Numbered from the whole stretch's first letter, positions 23,728 through 38,200 are shown. The stretch: DNA of 63,993 bases, filler included, from Ionaspis alba (GCA_964255285.1; 6 parts of 6 records of this genome joined end to end with filler, not necessarily neighbours in it); one strand, 5' to 3'. Translations and numbers: made by a program. The notes: a model not told the origin generated them from the sequence alone.

Positions 23728-24546
23728 CTATTTCTTCAAATGCGAATAGTCCCTCAAAACGCTCAGCATATGCACATTAGTCGTCTTGCCACTCTTCCTA
23801 GGCTTTTTCTGCTTCTTCTCTGGTACTTTCGGCTTCAGCTTGACTCCCCGAGCCTTATTCGTCGGCGTCAGGCCTGCTCTTTCCAGTTCATCTGCTACGG
23901 TGCTGGCCTCAGGGAGTTTGATTTTATGCCAGATATTCTTGAACTCGTCATCAATGGCGATAGCCAGGGATGGATCGTTCTGCCAAACCATCTTTGCATG
24001 GTCGTCTTTCTTATTTCTCGTGACTAGTAGCTTTCCCTCCCTCTCCAGCTGCCTAATGACATCCTCCGCGCCCGGCCAGCCATCCCTCAATTCTCGAACA
24101 TTAAGACCTTGTGCGGTAGACTGTCCTTGGAGGTAGCCTAGAAGCTGTTCGCCCGAACGGATGTTATGCATTGGCCTGAAGCTGAAGCTTCCCTGCCCGC
24201 CGTTGCCCTTTGCATCGTAATCAATCTTCTCATGCCTTTTGAGAATAGTGGTGATGGTCCTCTTATAATCTTCACCATGATATTGCAGCGATAGGTATGA
24301 TAAAAGATCATCCAAAGTCTGTGGTGTTCCCTTGCTCTTCAAGTATTCGATGGCATAGGTCACTTGGGTCATAATGTTCTTGCCGGTCCCAGTATCTGCT
24401 GGCTGAGAGTAGACCACATTGGGGTTTTCGGGTCGCTTGCGCTTGAGATCATTTTTGCTTGAGTTGGAGGTCTGCGAGGGTGCGGGTGATGGAGCCGATG
24501 TGATGGGAGCAGCAACGCTACGCTTGTTCGAGATCTTATGAGATGA
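23728..24546 (-). CDS. TFA2: Transcription initiation factor TFIIE beta subunit (5' end in N gap)
   Basis: VVYSQPADTGTG..TQVTYAIEYLK, FRPMHNIRS, ELRDGWP, GKTTNVHMLSVLRDYSHLK. Confidence 0.92.
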   Translation of the reverse strand, partial: SSHKISNKRSVAAPITSAPSPAPSQTSNSSKNDLKRKRPENPNVVYSQPADTGTGKNIMTQVTYAIEYLKSKGTPQTLDDLLSYLSLQYHGEDYKRTITTILKRHEKIDYDAKGNGGQGSFSFRPMHNIRSGEQLLGYLQGQSTAQGLNVRELRDGWPGAEDVIRQLEREGKLLVTRNKKDDHAKMVWQNDPSLAIAIDDEFKNIWHKIKLPEASTVADELERAGLTPTNKARGVKLKPKVPEKKQKKPRKSGKTTNVHMLSVLRDYSHLKK

Positions 24547-25038
24547 NNNNNNNNNNNNNNNNNNNNNNNNNNNNNNNNNNNNNNNNNNNNNNNNNNNNNN
24601 NNNNNNNNNNNNNNNNNNNNNNNNNNNNNNNNNNNNNNNNNNNNNNGGGCAGAAGAGGTTGGGATGCTAGTCTAGATGGGTTGTGATGTGTGGATTAGGA
24701 TGTAATAATCACAATAGTAGAAGGCCGTTCCGCATTCAGCCATGAGAGGTCGCGGCGCTAGTGAAATGCTAGTCTTAGTTCAGATCGCGAACTATTGACT
24801 TGCTCTCCACGCACCGAATCAACACTAATCAACGGCCACTTCTTATTGTCGCACACAGCCTAGAGTGTTTGGTTTTTTCCATTCAACGCTCATTTGTACT
24901 GGTACTCTGTCTACGTGGCGATACATCCCGACATGGTCTCACATCTTGGACCTGTATGCCCCTCCCTTCCACTCGGGCATTTCAGAGCCTGAAAGAGAAC
25001 CTCTCTACGAGCACCACATCCGAGTCAGAGCCGTAAGC

Positions 25039-28000
25039 ATGGAGACTATACAGCTCGATATACCTCACCTCTCATCATACTTCTCAATTCCGGAAAATTC
25101 TTTCAACTCTCTACTGTCTACTCCTACGTTCGAGCTCGTCCAGACTCTGCTGGTCAGAGCATCTACAAGAGCTCATGAGCATGAGGAAGTCCAAGCTGAG
25201 AGAGCCAAGCTTGAGGTGCAATTGGAGAGTGTTGTTCGTACCGGCGACGCAAAGATTCGGGCACTGAAAGTATCTGCGGAAAAATGTCAGAAAGAGGTCG
25301 AAGAATTGAGGCAAAGACTACAGGCAGAAGGTGAGACTCTATTATGTCTGGAGAGAATTGTGGTCTAACGACTGTGTTAGAATCCTCACGTCAAGCTGTT
25401 GAATCAGAATTGCAGTCTTTGAAATCATCATACTCCTCGTCGACTGCTGAAATATCGACCCTGAATATTCGCATTGCTTCACTGGAGTCTTCTAACCGTG
25501 ACACACTATCGCTATTGGAGTCGAAGACTTCAGCTTATGACGATCTTGCTACCGAACTTTCCGCGAAACACCAAAAGACGCTCGAGCTCAGACATGAAGT
25601 CTCGACTCTCGAACAAACCCTTAGCTCCAACAATACCTCACTTTCTAATGCCAAGTTTCACGAACAAAGCCTACAACAAGAGATTGACTCCCTCAGACGC
25701 AACAACGAGTGGCTTGACCAGGAGCTAAAGACTAAGTCGACAGAATACACGAAATTCCGCAAGGACAAGAATGCACGGGTCGCCGAGCTTCAACAGCAGA
25801 ATGAAGAAGCTACTTCTGCCATTGAGTCCCTGCAGCGCGCAGAGCAGACACTCCGAAACAGGCTCGATGAAGTCAATAAGAAGGCGGATGAGTACATCCA
25901 GCGCGCCTCAAGTCTAAGGGATGAGCTGGCACAGCAACACGAAAACTTTACTAACGAGCTCGACACTGCGAATCGCTTGGCTGAGCTAAGGAAGATTTCT
26001 ATGGAGACAGAAAGAGAGCGGCATCATGATCTTCTAGCCCAGCTAGAGAATGCGAAGGAGGATGCGGCCGAAGAGATTGGACGCATCAGTGCCGAGGTTG
26101 AGACTGAGCACCAAGAAAGACTAGTTGCTGAGCAGCGGGTGACTGAGCTAGAGATCCAGATCGAGCGTCTGGAGGCAGATGCGGCTGCTCGTGGACCCCC
26201 GGATCGATATCAGGGAAGCCCGAGACCGACCACAAATGGCAATAGACAAGGCGTTGCTGGTCGAACAGACTCACCTTCGCCTTCAGGAATGCGAGGCGGT
26301 CTTAGCTTCACTCAGATGTTTAGCGACTACCACAATGCCAAGGCCGAACTCGAAGTTGAAAAAAAGCGCAACGAAAAGCTGAGCGCCACGGTCGATGAGA
26401 TGATACAGGACATGGAGAGACACCAACCAGAAGTGGCAGAACTGCAAACAGACCATGATCGTTTGGAAGCCGATGTCGTAGAAATGTCAAGAATAGTCGA
26501 TAATCTCAGCCAAGAGCGCGATCATGCAAAAAAAGAAGCGAGGAAATGGGAGGGGCAAATGGCAGGCATGACCCGAGAGGCCGATCTGCTCCGGCAGCAA
26601 CTCCGGGATTTGAGCTCTCAGGTCAAGGTGCTCTTAATGGAAGTCAATGCCCAGAATCAGGGACTCGACAGCTATACCCCACAGGAGCGCATTAGACTTG
26701 AGCAACTCGCACGTGGGGATCTGGACAACGCCTCTGCGCAAGGAGTATCTGACACCGATCGCTTTATCAGTGAGAACCTGACAACCTTCAAGGATCTGGC
26801 TGAGCTACAGGAACAGAATACGAAACTACTGAGGATTGCCCGTGAGCTTGGCGATCAGCTTGAAGGCGAAGAGGCTCAGAACAAGAAAACTCAAGCAACA
26901 GACAACGAGGAAGAGCTTGCAAATCTGCGAATAAAGACCGAGCGGTACAGAGACGAGATCAAGTCGCTTGGCACACAGTCACAGAGCTACATTCGGGAAC
27001 GAGACATGTTCCGCCGCATGTTGTCGCATAGGGGACAACTTCCGCAAGGAAGTGATATTGCTTCTATGTTCGGCGAATCCGTAGCGGACGGCGGCCCGAC
27101 CACACCTGTTCAGAACCATGTCACGAACAGCATAGAGCAGTCCCAATCTTCTAAGGACATTGCCGATTACACTAAACTCATTAAGGAGATGCAGTCACAT
27201 TTCGACAGTTATCGGCACGAAGCCTCGGTCGATAGATCGACTCTCAAACAACAAGTGGACGACATCTCAAAGAAGAATGTAGAACTCCGCAGTACAGTCT
27301 CACTCAGAACCAGCGAAGCAATCCTTGCAAATGAGCGGTACGAAATGCTTCATGGCAACTATGAAATGTTGAAGACCGAGAACGCAGAACTGCAGAAGAG
27401 ATCTCAAGCGCTTTCTGATCGAGCCGCTAAGCAGGATATGCGAACTCAGCAGGTCGCTGAAGATTTAGTCGAAGCAAAGGGCCTCCTGGAAAGCATGCGG
27501 AATGAGATTGCAAATCTCAAAGCAGAAAAAGAGTTCTGGAAGAGTATTGAGAAGCGCTTGACCGAGGACAACAGATCCACTCGAGAAGAAAGGGAGCGGC
27601 TCAATATTGCTAACGCAAATTTACAAAATCTATTGAATGAGCGTGAGCATTCTGATGCCAACAGCCGTTATAAGCAACAGTCACAAGTCGAGGTAATGGA
27701 GTCCGAACTTCAGTCAACCAAGAGAAAGCTCAATGAGGAGATCGAAGAAGGGAAGAAGAGTAATCTTCGCCGTGAGTACGAACATCAGCAGGCCCAGACG
27801 AGAATCGACGACCTGATATCGACGTTGGGAGGCGTGCGGGAAGAGCTGGTTGGCGCAAAGACCACTAGGGATCATCTTCAAACTAGAGTTGACGAATTGG
27901 CTATCGAGCTTCGAAGTGCCGAAGAGCGGCTAGAAGTCCTACAGCCCCGAATGCCACGACACTCCGTAGGCGGAAGTAATGGCGCCTCTGGCTCTACCAG

Positions 28001-31000
28001 CAACGTACTTCCTGTGAGTAGGGAACAAGAGTTGGCAGTGGAGGTATCTGAATTGAAGCGTGATCTGGATCTGACACAAGGCGAACTGGCAAACGCTAAG
28101 ATTCAAGTTGAGCAGTACAAAGCAATCAGCCAGTCATCCGAAGAGGAGCTCCAAAGCCTCAACGACACTCAAGACCAGTATCGAGAGGAAATGGATCGAG
28201 TCATTGCGCAAAAAGATGCCCGGATCAAAGAACTGGAGCAGGAGGTTGCAGAACTTCACTCTGAAATATCTAGCGCCAATTCAGAGCTCTCTTCATTACG
28301 TGCGGAAGTCACTGAGCATGGTCAAAAATTAGAAGAGCAGAAGGCCTCGTTCGCCGCTGAGATAAACAACTTGAAAGATCTCAACGAGCGCAATGTGACA
28401 GCAGCACAGTTTCACCAACAGGACCTCAGAGCTCAAGCAGAGATTGCTCAAGAGGCACAAAAGAACTATGAAAATGAGTTGGTGAAGCACGCAGAAGCTG
28501 CGCAGAACTTACAAAGACTTCGCGGCGAATACAATCAATTGAAGCTCGAGGTTGCGGGGATCAAGGCCGAATCTGAGTCAGCCAAGACGAAGCTTACACA
28601 AAGCGAAGAGAGTTGGACCGAAGCCAAGGAACGATACGAGCGCGAGTTGACCGAGCTCAAATTGCGCAGGGACGATATTAGTGCACAGAATAAACTCCTG
28701 CATCAGCAGCTGGAGACCGTCAGCAACCAGATATCAGCTTTGCAACAGAAGAGAGTATCTTACCAGGCTGAGGGGGGGGAAGATGCAGAATCGTCAGCTG
28801 CGAGCACCGGAAATCTACAGGAACTCGTCAAATACCTCCGCCGCGAAAAAGAAATTGTTGATGTCCAATGGGAGCTCTCTTCCCAGGAAGCCAAGAGGTT
28901 GAAGCAACAACTTGACCACACTCAATCACAGCTTGAGGAGGCACGCTTGAAACTCAACCAACAGCGACGAGCAGAGGAGGACCGTGAACGCAGCGCACTC
29001 AACCACAACAAATTGATGGAGACGATAAATGAGCTTAACCTTAACCGGGAGAGCAATGTCACTTTGCGTCTTGAGAAAAGTCAAGCGCAGGCATACCTGG
29101 AGAAGAAGTCAAAATTGGTGGAAGACTTACAGGCACAGATTCAGCCTCTACAGACAAGGATTCGTGAGCTTGAGGACGCCAGAGAATTTCAAGATGAGGA
29201 ATTGAGGATGACTCGAGAAGCTCGGGAACGGTTTGAGCAGCGATATCACGACCTGCTGAATAAATCCGAGAGCATCGACCCTGCAGAGTTCGAAAACTTG
29301 AAGGAGCAGGTCACCACTTTACAGACCGAACGGGACGATCTCGTCTCTTCACGACAGGAACTACAAAACCAAGTCGACAGCATCCCCGACCAATTAAAGC
29401 AGACTCAAGATCAAGCCAATGAAAGACACCAGGAGAATCGTCAACGATTGATCGACCAATCCAAGTCGAAGGCGAGAGAACAAAACGCAAAGATCAGAGA
29501 GAAAGACATCGCCCTACAGGCAGCCGTACAGGAAAAGGATGACCTTGAGAGGCAACTCCAAGCTTCACGGCAGGAAGTCGAGGCAGCAAATAAGGCGAAA
29601 GAGGAAGCTCTCACTGCTCAACAAGCTGCTCAACCAGAAACAGACGGGCAGGCCGCTCAAGACAGTAGCGAAGATGGCCAAGTCGATGAGGTTAAAAGTG
29701 ATCGACCTTCTGGAACTGATATACTTGCTTTACAAGAGAAGCTGAATGCGGCACTTACCAGAGCAGAAGTCGAGACTGTCAAGTCCCTACAGCTTCAAGC
29801 CGAAATCGCAGCTGCTCAGACTAAGATCACCGCCCTTGAGCAGCAAATCGTGAGTCATACCTATACCAACTTATGAACTTTCTAACTTTGGATGCAGGTC
29901 GACTTGCAGAAAAACTTTGACACAGCAAATGCTGAACTAACCGATCTTCGAACTCGTCAGCAAGAGCACGTATCAAAAGAACAAAACTCACCAACGGAAT
30001 TATCCAATGATGTTACGAAAGAGCAGATCAACGTCCTTCAGAAGGAGCTTGCGGGAGCTCAGCAGGACGCAGACGCTCTCAGAGCAGCGGCAGTCATCAA
30101 CGACTCGGTTGCTACAATCCGGACGGATGAAGGATCCCCGTCCATCGCTGAGCAGATTGCTACGCAGGTTAATGCGATCCGAGCCGAGTTAACAAGTCGA
30201 CATGACGAGCGAGTTCGTCAAGCCGATGAGACCTTCAAGAAGCGAACGGAGACTATGAAAATTTCCCTCAACCGGAGGCTGGCAGAGGTCAAATTAGATA
30301 TCAGGGACTCTCTGAATGCTACTCACACACAGGCTTTAGAGGCACTCCGAGTACAGCACGAAATGGAGCTTGAGGCTTTGAGGACTCGCCATCAGGAGGA
30401 ACTGGACGAGTTACGAAGAAACGACACGTCCAAATTCGAGCAATTCAAGCAAGAATGGCGAGCAGAACATGCTGTTCTTCCTAACGGAGACCACGCTAAT
30501 CAGGGAGATGGGCAACCGCAACCGCCCAAACAGCCTTGGGAGCCATCTGATGCCGACGTTCGAGCCCTCATAACCAGGAATGAGACGGCCAAAACAATCA
30601 TCAAGAACAACATTACCAATAAGCTGAATCAAGAACGTGAAGCTCTAACAGCTAGAGTACGTGAAGAACAGCAGAAGCTGCTGAACGAGCAATTAGCTGA
30701 AGCCGACAAGAAAGCCAATGTCGCTAAAGACCAAGCTGTTGCCATGGAAGGCAAAAGATACAGTGTAAAGATAAGCATGACTGAGAATCGCTCTAGAGCA
30801 GCACAGGCGAAGCTCGACTACGTCCAAAAAGCTGCAACCGATACCCCTCAAAAACCTGTGGTGGAAGTTTGGACGGTTGCCAAAGATGTCAAGCCGGCGC
30901 CGGCGCCGACCCCTGCTCCTGCAGCGCAGTCGAATGCTGCTCAATCACAGACACCGAACCCTTTCGCCAACCTGACACCAACGGGGCCAGGCAATGCAGC

Positions 31001-31670
31001 AGTGGCAAAAAGTACCTTTGGACAGCCTACACCTGTTCAAGCAAACGTTTCAGCACCTTTCTCGGCTCCAGCGGGTCCGACAAGAAGCCCTCAACGCTCC
31101 AACTCAGTTACAACAATCTCTTCAGCTTCAGGACAGCCTTCACAGTCATCGCCCACCCAACCCATACCTACTGTGACTAGTGAGCAGAGCAATGCTCCAA
31201 ATGGTACTCCACAACAGCAACCACAGCAACCCGCGCAGCAAGCCACACAACAGCCATCAAGACTACCTGACAAGCCCTTGCAACCGCAAGGAGTTCAGCG
31301 CAATGCCGGCACAGGACCTGCTGCACTAAGAGGTCTCCACTCCGGCCTCCCCGTACCTAGTAGTGGTCGAGGTGGCCTTGCGCAATCACAACATGCGCAG
31401 GGTACATTCAACCAGCAATCCCAGCGTGGTGGGGCCAACTTTGGACGAGGAAGAGGTGGTATTGGTCGAGGCGGACCTTCTCAATTACAGACGAACAATC
31501 AACCGGCTAGCCAGTCACAGGGTAGTCCACGAGGTGGAGGGCAGTTGAGTGGTTCCGCTAAGCAATTCGTTCCTACTGGGACGAAAAGACCACGAGAGGA
31601 CGGTGGATTGGAGGCTAGTCAGCATGCGGGTGACGGGAAGAGGATGAGGGGTGGAGCACAGGGGAGTTAA
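25039..31670 (+). CDS. MLP1: Nuclear basket nucleoporin Mlp1/Tpr, 2 introns
   Basis: About 2,170-aa coiled coil with ISENLTTFKDLAELQEQN, RERDMFRRML, AQKNYENELVKHAE, YLRREKEIVDVQ; Q/G/R-rich tail with bipartite NLS KRPRE...KRMR. Confidence 0.93.
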
Positions 31671-32090
31671 TGGAAGTGCGGAGGAGGAAGAATTATGTTG
31701 TGCCCGCGTTTAAGATGTGGTTTTGAGTTTTGCCTCATGGCTTTCAACTCGTGCCTTTGAGCACATGGCATTTTCAAGGAGCGACGGCGCTTTGGGCGGG
31801 AGACTTTGATCGTAGCTCCATATTTTGTAGTTTAGTGTAACAGTGTCAGGAAATGTCATGCTGGATTGTGCGGATCTTAAGTTCATCTTACGACATGGAC
31901 AGCGGGATAGTAGATTGATACTAAATTGGAATATCCTTAGCGATGATATTTAATCTATATCTAGCCATCAGCACATTAGGGCGTATCCTCTATGCTCTAT
32001 CTCTACCCCAACCCCGAACGCCATCAACCCGACAGAACCTCAACCCGCATTCACTCATAAGCCGCCCCCCTCTTCCCCGTCCTCCTCCTC

Positions 32091-32190
32091 NNNNNNNNNN
32101 NNNNNNNNNNNNNNNNNNNNNNNNNNNNNNNNNNTTAATTAATTAANNNNNNNNNNNNNNNNNNNNNNNNNNNNNNNNNNNNNNNNNNNN
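32091..32190. other. Artificial scaffold linker
   Basis: N44-TTAATTAATTAA-N44. Confidence 0.97.
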
Positions 32191-32535
32191 AAGAGGAGAT
32201 CTACCGCGCCATCCCCGGGTCAATCCCTAAGCCGAAGGCGAAACGGGTACCTAAGGTAATAGATTAGACGTTCGATTACAAGCGGGGTTGCATCTTTGGC
32301 TAGCAGATCACGAGGAAGATGGTAAGGTAGATAACATCTTGCATGTCCAATATTCTATACCAAGTCCCATGCATACTCTCTCGAGACATTACAACGCCGC
32401 TCCCTTATCCTCACAACTCCTCTCATCCTAGCATTAGGTCCCAATCCTATCTCCCCAAACCTCACTCAGAAAAAGGAAAAGAAACCAATGGCGTGCCTCC
32501 ACAGAGCCACTATCCTCACCTCAGCTATTTTGCTC

Positions 32536-35290
32536 TCAAAATCCCATCACAACCCCAACCAACCCCACAACCACCGCTCCCCCAATCCCAACAACCCCAG
32601 GCACCACCCTCCCCGCAGCTCCCTTAAAAGGAATGGCCCCATTCCCACTCGTAGCCGCCGGCACCACCCCGGTCCCAATAACCGTCCCAAGCGTCGTCGG
32701 CCCAGCTCCACTCCCACTCCCGCTCCCCGTCGCACCCACACCAGCCGCAGCAGTCTCGCTCGACCCCGCTACCACACCAGTCGGGCTCGCAGCAGTCGGA
32801 CTAGCAACAACCGAACTCGGGCTCCCCGCCGCAAGGCCCACACTAACACTTGGCACGCCCGCAGCCGCTGTGCCAGAAACACCCGGCGCAGCAGGCGTAC
32901 CGGGGGCAGCAGGCGCCGGAGTGGCAGTTGTGAATTGCACCTGCGGGACGGTAACGACTGTGTTGAGGGTGCTGAGAGTGCTGGATGCAGGGATGGTAGC
33001 GCCGGAGGAGGAACCAGCGGTGTAGGTGCAGGGGACGGTGATGATTGTGCTGAGGGTGATGGTTGTGACGGGGAAGGCGGCGGGGGCGGTGATGGTTGGA
33101 GCAGAGGTGGTGGCGGGAATGGCGGCGTTGGTTGTGGAGATGGAGGCCGGGGTTTCGGGCGCGGGGCTTGCGGGCATGGGGGATGATTCAGAAGAGCCGG
33201 GTGCTGGTGCCTGGCTTGAGGGAGCTGTGGATGGTGAGACAGGCGCTGGTGTTGCGGGCGCAGAGGGCGGGCAAAGAGTGATTGTGCTGGGTACGGCGGT
33301 GATTATGGCCGGGTTTGCGGAGACGTGCTCGGCGCAGATGCCGGCGAGGTAGGAGAGCGCGGAGGTGACTTCGGCGGAGGAGCCGCCGTGGGCGCTGACG
33401 CAGTCGATGACGTTCTTCGTGAAGGTGCTGATGCGGCAGTAGCAGTTGCTGTCGGCGTTGGAGGCACAACCTGTGTTGAAGATCCAGGTGTTGAGGCACT
33501 TGGGGAGGATCTGGGGGCAGGGGGCAGAGGGAGCAGGGACCGCGGCGTTGTTGGTCGTCAATGTTTGCGGGGTTGAGATGGGGGAGGCTGCCTCGGTGGT
33601 TGAGGCAGGTGCGACGTTGGAGGTGGCCGGTGGTGCGACGGCAGTAGTTGCTGGGGGTGGTGCAATGCATTTGGTGCAGATCGTGGAGATGGAGGTTACA
33701 GTGACTGTGGAGACGGAGCTTGTGGTCTGAACTACTGTGGTGCCTGCAGATGAGACAGTCGCGGTGACTGGGCAGACAGTGGTAGTCTCGTAGATCCTAT
33801 GAAGGATTAGTCAAGAACGGCGGTTGACAAAATCACGTGTCTTACACTTCAGTCGTGACCACCTCTTGAGTTGTCTGTGGGGGCGGAGGGGCAGCAGCGG
33901 TCGAAGATGGCNNNNNNNNNNNNNNNNNNNNNNNNNNNNNNNNNNNNNNNNNNNNNNNNNNNNNNNNNNNNNNNNNNNNNNNNNNNNNNNNNNNNNNNNN
34001 NNNNNNNNNNNGACGGGGTCGCAGTGGGTGTCACCGGGCAAACCGTGGTATATTGGGCGATCGTGCTTGTAAGGGTGACTGTTGAGTGAGCTGGACAATC
34101 TTTGACAGTACTTGGGCATTGAGTGACCACAATCTCAGTGGTCTGGAAGACGGTAGAGGTGGTCATGAGAATAGGTGTGGTTGCGGAGCTCAAAGGACCA
34201 TTGGTCGTTGAGAGGTTTCCAACTGGTACGTAGGTCGATGGGCTAATGACCGGAGGCGTTGCGACTGAGGGCGTGCTCACGGTGGTAGCCACGGTCGCGG
34301 CATTCGTTGTGCTCACGGCCAGTGTTGTGCTTGTCGAAGGAGTCGACTCTGGTACAGCCGTAGGAGTAGTAAGGCTTGGAACGACATAAGTCATCGTGCT
34401 GCTGACCGAAGGCGTAGGGGTCTCCTTAGGCGGAACAGTAGAGCTTGGAGGTCCACAGTCAAACGCAACGCTGTGCACACCAATAGAGCATTCCGAGTCT
34501 TTGTTGTGCTCGGGCAAATGGAAGGAAACAGCCTTGGCTCCACCACACTGAGTATTGGAGATGGTTGAACCGCCAGCCGAGCAGGGAGCTGTGTGCTTGC
34601 AAGTAGAGCCATCACCCATGTCATACACGAAGTTGACCTCGACATCTTCAGACACAGAGATCTGGAGATCGGTGATCGAGAAGGCCTTGTCGGATCCACA
34701 AGAAATCTTGGGCTGCTTCTTCAGAGATCCCGTGATGCATTTGTCCTAGAAATATGTCAGTCTCAATGCCCATGATCAAGTCCGCTATTGATGAGATGGT
34801 AGGAGGAAATGCATTGTGCATTAAGAGCTAGATGGAGCACCAGCGCTGGTGACGAGATCGAGCCTTTCTCAAGCCTCGTTCGAGCCCGTTTCAAAATATA
34901 ATCTCGTTCCACCAGCGCTCATGCCCTCTCTCCCCTAATGCCCATTGAAAAGGTTGCGTGTAGTGACTAACCTGGAAAGTCCTTGGCAGAATAACATCTC
35001 GCTTGAAGTTGTTGGAGCAGGAGAAGCCATCGAAGTTGAAGTCTCCATAGGTGCTGAAGCTTCCCTGTGCCAAATCGCTCCAATCGAACCCTCCTTTTTG
35101 CTTGTCATTACATTTGTTGTCGGTATTGGAGGGGCAGTTGAATTTTATGGCATCGAGCCAGCCCTAGACATTCAATGATTAGCAATGTTGAATTCACCGG
35201 TTCTCGGTTGATGGACCCAAAACTCACGGTAGCTGCAGCCTGCTGGACAGCCAAGCCGATGGCAAGAAGCACGGACGAAGTAGTCCGCAT
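32536..35290 (-). CDS. GPI-anchored CFEM-domain cell-wall adhesin, Mad1-like; at least 3 introns, spans an N gap
   Basis: Signal peptide MRTTSSVLLAIGLAVQQAAA; CPSNTDNKCNDKQKGGFDWSDL N-domain; Thr-rich TTVCPVT repeats; CFEM CPQILPKCLNTW..C..CYC..C..YLAGIC; hydrophobic GPI tail. Confidence 0.85.
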
Positions 35291-38200
35291 GTTGTAAGGT
35301 AGTGATTAGAGGTTCAAATATGCAAAGCGAGTGTGATGGTGTAGTGCAAAGCAGTGATCTCCAGGAGCTAAGAGATCGACAACACTGTGAGATCCAGATA
35401 TAGGAAATGTTAGACGAGCAAAGAAGCGAGTGACTTTGGCTCTGGAGCGACAGATGGTAAAGAAAGAGGTAAGCAAGGAAACAATGAAAGGAACAACAGA
35501 AGGTGTCAGATCAGGTCGGCCAAAAGAAAGAAGACAAGAGCAAGAGCCGGATATAAGCATCCTCCTAGCACCTCCATCGAGGGTCATCCACACCTCTCCT
35601 GAAAGGAGAGACCAGAATCAACATTGGTCCTCCGCATGAAACATTAAACCCTAACCCAGAAAAAGAACCCATGTGGAGCAAAGCAGGTAAGCCATCCTCT
35701 TACCAAACCCGAGCATCCAATTGGCGATGTTTGCCCGCGCTCATCCTCCTCCTAGCAGACAGCAAACTCCCAGCCAGAAGGACCATGACCGGCGCGTCTC
35801 AGCCAGCGAGCCAGCCATCTACCGAGGGTCAGTGGCCTTCGAGTTGGCGGCGTTGAAACATGGAGAAGGGGCCACACAGCCCATCCGAAGGGTATGGATG
35901 GGAGGAGGTGGTGGAGAAAGGGCACAAGGGCCAAGTGGGAGCCGCTTCTGCAGGTACCGGAGTTTTGACAGGCTGCGAGTGGCTCATTGCATGCATGCCC
36001 CTGAGATCCAATCAATCCCCGGCGTCGAGTCTTGTCCCAGCAAGCTATTACTAAGTTGGGGATTTCAGGGGGACTAATCGGGAGGAGAGCGATGCGCGCA
36101 ATTGGTCTTTTGCTTTCTTTAGTAACGGGATGGGATAATGGAGACGCCGATCCTGTCAGGAAAGGATCATTTATTGCTTTTCGGAAGCGGCCAGTCGGGA
36201 CGGATAGGCAGGGGATTTTATGGTTAGCGCTGATGCTTTTTGGCGGCTATGGCGAATGGACTCGCGACGATTCGTTGGTTCGCACCTGTTCCAGCTTGAA
36301 ACCAGTCAAAAGTCTGGTCGAGAATTAAATCCTATTATTCATCGATTCAACTCTGCAGGAGGAAAACAATGCTTCTTTCCAAACGGGACGCCTCACTTGC
36401 CGATTCTCGACATGCAGACAGGTAGTTAAAGGCAGGCTTGCCTGTGGCAAGATACTTAGTCTCCTTACACAACGTTGGAACGGATCATTGAAGGTGTCCT
36501 CGGGCACACCATTTCTCCAACAAGTCGAGAACCAACTACGCGGACCGTGTTGGTAATGGACTCGGATGGCCACGGAATGCATCTCCGAAGAATAAGCATC
36601 AGGAATTGAGTATACGTAAAGGTCAAGTTACAACAGACCACGGAATCCTCCCCCCGAATCCTTGGAAGATCCACGGACGTCTTGATGACACCGACCATAG
36701 GATGCCCTCTGTGGTAGGCCTAAAATCATCATCTGCTCATCTATTCCTCTTCGAAGTGTTCAGCTTAAGGGGGGCCATTCACATGCTCGGGCCAGTCGTC
36801 GGTCTCAGGAGTACGGAAATCAAAGTGCCGACTCACGCTGCTGCTGCTATGACTATTATTGAGCGTGTGAAAACGGTGGAGTCTAACAAGGAGCGATGGA
36901 CGACTTTAACTTCTCCTGTATCCAATACACTTGAGGCTCTTCCTCGCTAATCATCCTACATTTACTATCATTATTGTTGATTTCCATCACACCTTGGACT
37001 CTATCCCCTAGAGCTCATGCCAATTCCTTCAGATCTAATTCAACAAGACAGACCAAGGCACCACGAAAGGATTGCTATGAAGAGTTCTCGGTATTTAAGG
37101 GTGGTCATGATTCTATAGATGCCTTCGTCTAAATCGTCCCTGCAAACGCCATTTAATGTTGCTACAGTCACATGATGAGCCATGACCATCTTGTTGGTGA
37201 CTCTCGGTTTCAAACGACCAGAGAAATATATATGGTCTGGCAAGAGGATACTGAACAGCCGTGATCCATTGCTTCGGCACCTTTGTCTAATCGTCTTGGT
37301 GCAAAACCTGCTAGTTTACCACCCTCAGCCGTTATCTTTCTTGTATATAGTGGCAGTATAGAGTCATGTGATTGGGACGAGGTTCGTGTTCTTCAATGTC
37401 CGAGCATTATGGTCAGAGATCACCACCGTGTCGAGTATTCGCAACAATGCCGGTACGGTGATTTGTCCAAAGGGTCGTATCCGCTACGCCGCGTCAAAAG
37501 GGTGCTGGTCGCTGAAGCTAGTCGTTTGTAAACCTGCACTTGCCTCTATCGCATTTTGAGAGGAGTCAGGTCCTTCGGTCACGGTCAGTCATACTGAGAT
37601 GACAGATGTCCAATAGCAAACGACAAGCTGTGAGTCAACAGGCGTGGGACGCTATTGGTGAGTCTGGCTGAGCTGACGAGTCTACAGCAACTATTCCCAT
37701 ACCAGAATTCGTGCTTCGAGAAGTTGACAATTGAACCTACTGCTTTGCAACATGAAGCGTCTGCAATCCCAGAGGATATTCACAGGCTTTAAACTGCCAG
37801 ACACGTGCCCTTTCTCAGCTGCCGTTGAAACTCCCTAGCTGCAAGGGCCGGAAGCTGTCCCCAAATTGGTAAATGACTCCATCGTTTAGTTGTTCGGTTT
37901 TGCGCAGTAGGGGCCACAGGGACCTGCCCCTCGCCCCTTAGCACCTACGAAAGCCCCGCCATGACATCTCAAACTTTGTTTACAGAAGCCCTTTGTCTTC
38001 CAATCACGAAGTCTTTGGCTCCTGTATCTTTATAATTGTTCTCATATACACCAGTGGGACTGATGATTAAATGAACTGCCAATGCTGGTCATTGCCGAGT
38101 TGTCTATGTGTTTTCTCCCTTTCACTGACCGGCGAGCCAGAAAATTTATTAGGCACCGACCCACTTTGGCTTCATAGTTAGTCTGAAAACCTTCGACTAC

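Noticed and set aside
32488..33730. Several long overlapping ORFs on both strands
   Set aside because: GC-rich, stop-poor shadows of the adhesin coding sequence
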